DNA of 38,465 bases from Ilumatobacter sp. (GTDB taxonomy: Bacteria; Actinomycetota; Acidimicrobiia; Acidimicrobiales; Ilumatobacteraceae). The translations under genes were made by a program, and so were the position numbers. Shown here piece by piece: positions 37,737 to 38,465 of this stretch (within the stretch, counting starts at the first letter, position 1; each line of letters opens with the position of its first letter). The stretch is from NCBI GenBank assembly GCA_035641795.1, contig DASQTR010000023.1, positions 1-38,465 of the forward strand, given 5' to 3'. The notes under the pieces were generated by a model. That model was not told the origin of the DNA. It searched no databases and worked only from the letters and a program-made list of their open reading frames with translations.

Positions 37737-38465
37737 TCAGCCGACGCCGGCGGCGGCGAGGCGGGAACGCAGGTGCAGCACCGACTTGGTGTGGATCTGC
37801 GAGACGCGACTCTCCGTGACGCTGAGCACCTGGCCGATCTCGGCAAGCGTGAGGCCCTCGTCGTAGTAGAGCGAGAGGACGAGTTTCTCGCGCTCGGGGA
37901 GGCGCTTGATCTCGGCGCGCATGATGTCGCGCAATTCACGGTCTTCGGTCGCCGCCACCGGCGACTCCATGCCGACCGATGTCATCGCCTCGGGCTCGTA
38001 ACCGGCGGCAACCGCACGGTCGAGTGGGCCGATCGTCGTGGCCGCGATCGACGCCAACCACTTCGCCAGCTCCTGGGCGTCGATGCGCAGATGAGCCCCC
38101 AGCTCCTCGTCGCTGGGCGATCGACCGAGCGAGTGCTCGAGCTCGGAGAAGGCGCGCTCGACCTCGCGGGCACGGCTGCGCACCGAGCGCGGCACCCAGT
38201 CGAGCTGGCGCAGGCCGTCATAGATGGCGCCCCTGATGCGGGGCGCCGCGAACGTCTCGAACTTGACGCCGCGGTCGGGATCGAAACGGTCGATGGCATC
38301 GATCAGGCCGAACACGCCTGAGCTCACGAGATCACCCGGGTCGACGCTGCTCGGGAGCCCGGCACCGACACGACCGGCCACGAACTTCACGAGCGGGGAG
38401 TAATGGACGATCAGATGATCGCGAGAGGCCGTGTTCTTGCGTTGCAACCAACGCGTCCAGTGCAT
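37737..38465 (-). CDS. whiG: FliA/WhiG family sigma factor (start may lie beyond the window)
   Basis: LIVHYSPLVKFVAGRV..GLP, KFETFA..RIRGAI.D.LR..DWVPRSVR, LYYDEGLTLAEIG.VL.VTESRVSQIH; same neighbourhood as Streptomyces whiG. Confidence 0.88.
   Translation of the reverse strand: MHWTRWLQRKNTASRDHLIVHYSPLVKFVAGRVGAGLPSSVDPGDLVSSGVFGLIDAIDRFDPDRGVKFETFAAPRIRGAIYDGLRQLDWVPRSVRSRAREVERAFSELEHSLGRSPSDEELGAHLRIDAQELAKWLASIAATTIGPLDRAVAAGYEPEAMTSVGMESPVAATEDRELRDIMRAEIKRLPEREKLVLSLYYDEGLTLAEIGQVLSVTESRVSQIHTKSVLHLRSRLAAAGVG

Overview
High-GC actinobacterial chromosomal segment; gene content and order suggest Acidimicrobiia (Ilumatobacter-like), which is an inference. The right third is a conserved housekeeping block on the minus strand (whiG-like sigma, M23 protein, rpsB, tsf, pyrH, frr, cdsA, dxr, rseP/rip, ispG). 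The rest holds ino1, ettA, dinB, cysQ, an ABC1 kinase, nucS, the mycothiol-dependent formaldehyde dehydrogenase plus MBL hydrolase pair, manA, an ECF sigma/anti-sigma pair, transporters and several secreted proteins. The most striking item is at 1513-4436 (-). A sigma-A-like promoter is followed by a leader with the sequence and pseudoknot architecture of a c-di-GMP-II riboswitch and a plausible translational expression platform, upstream of a 901-aa repeat-containing LPXTG surface protein. A WhiG-type sigma, a c-di-GMP-controlled family, lies in the same window. Also seen: two LexA boxes (dinB, and a DUF222-HNH gene where the box sits in a perfect 34-bp palindrome), dispersed palindromic REP/MITE-like elements, many apparently leaderless genes, and a candidate 5-codon uORF coupled to manA. 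No rRNA, tRNA, CRISPR array or intact transposase was recognised. All calls are by eye and from memory of protein and RNA families; no searches were run.
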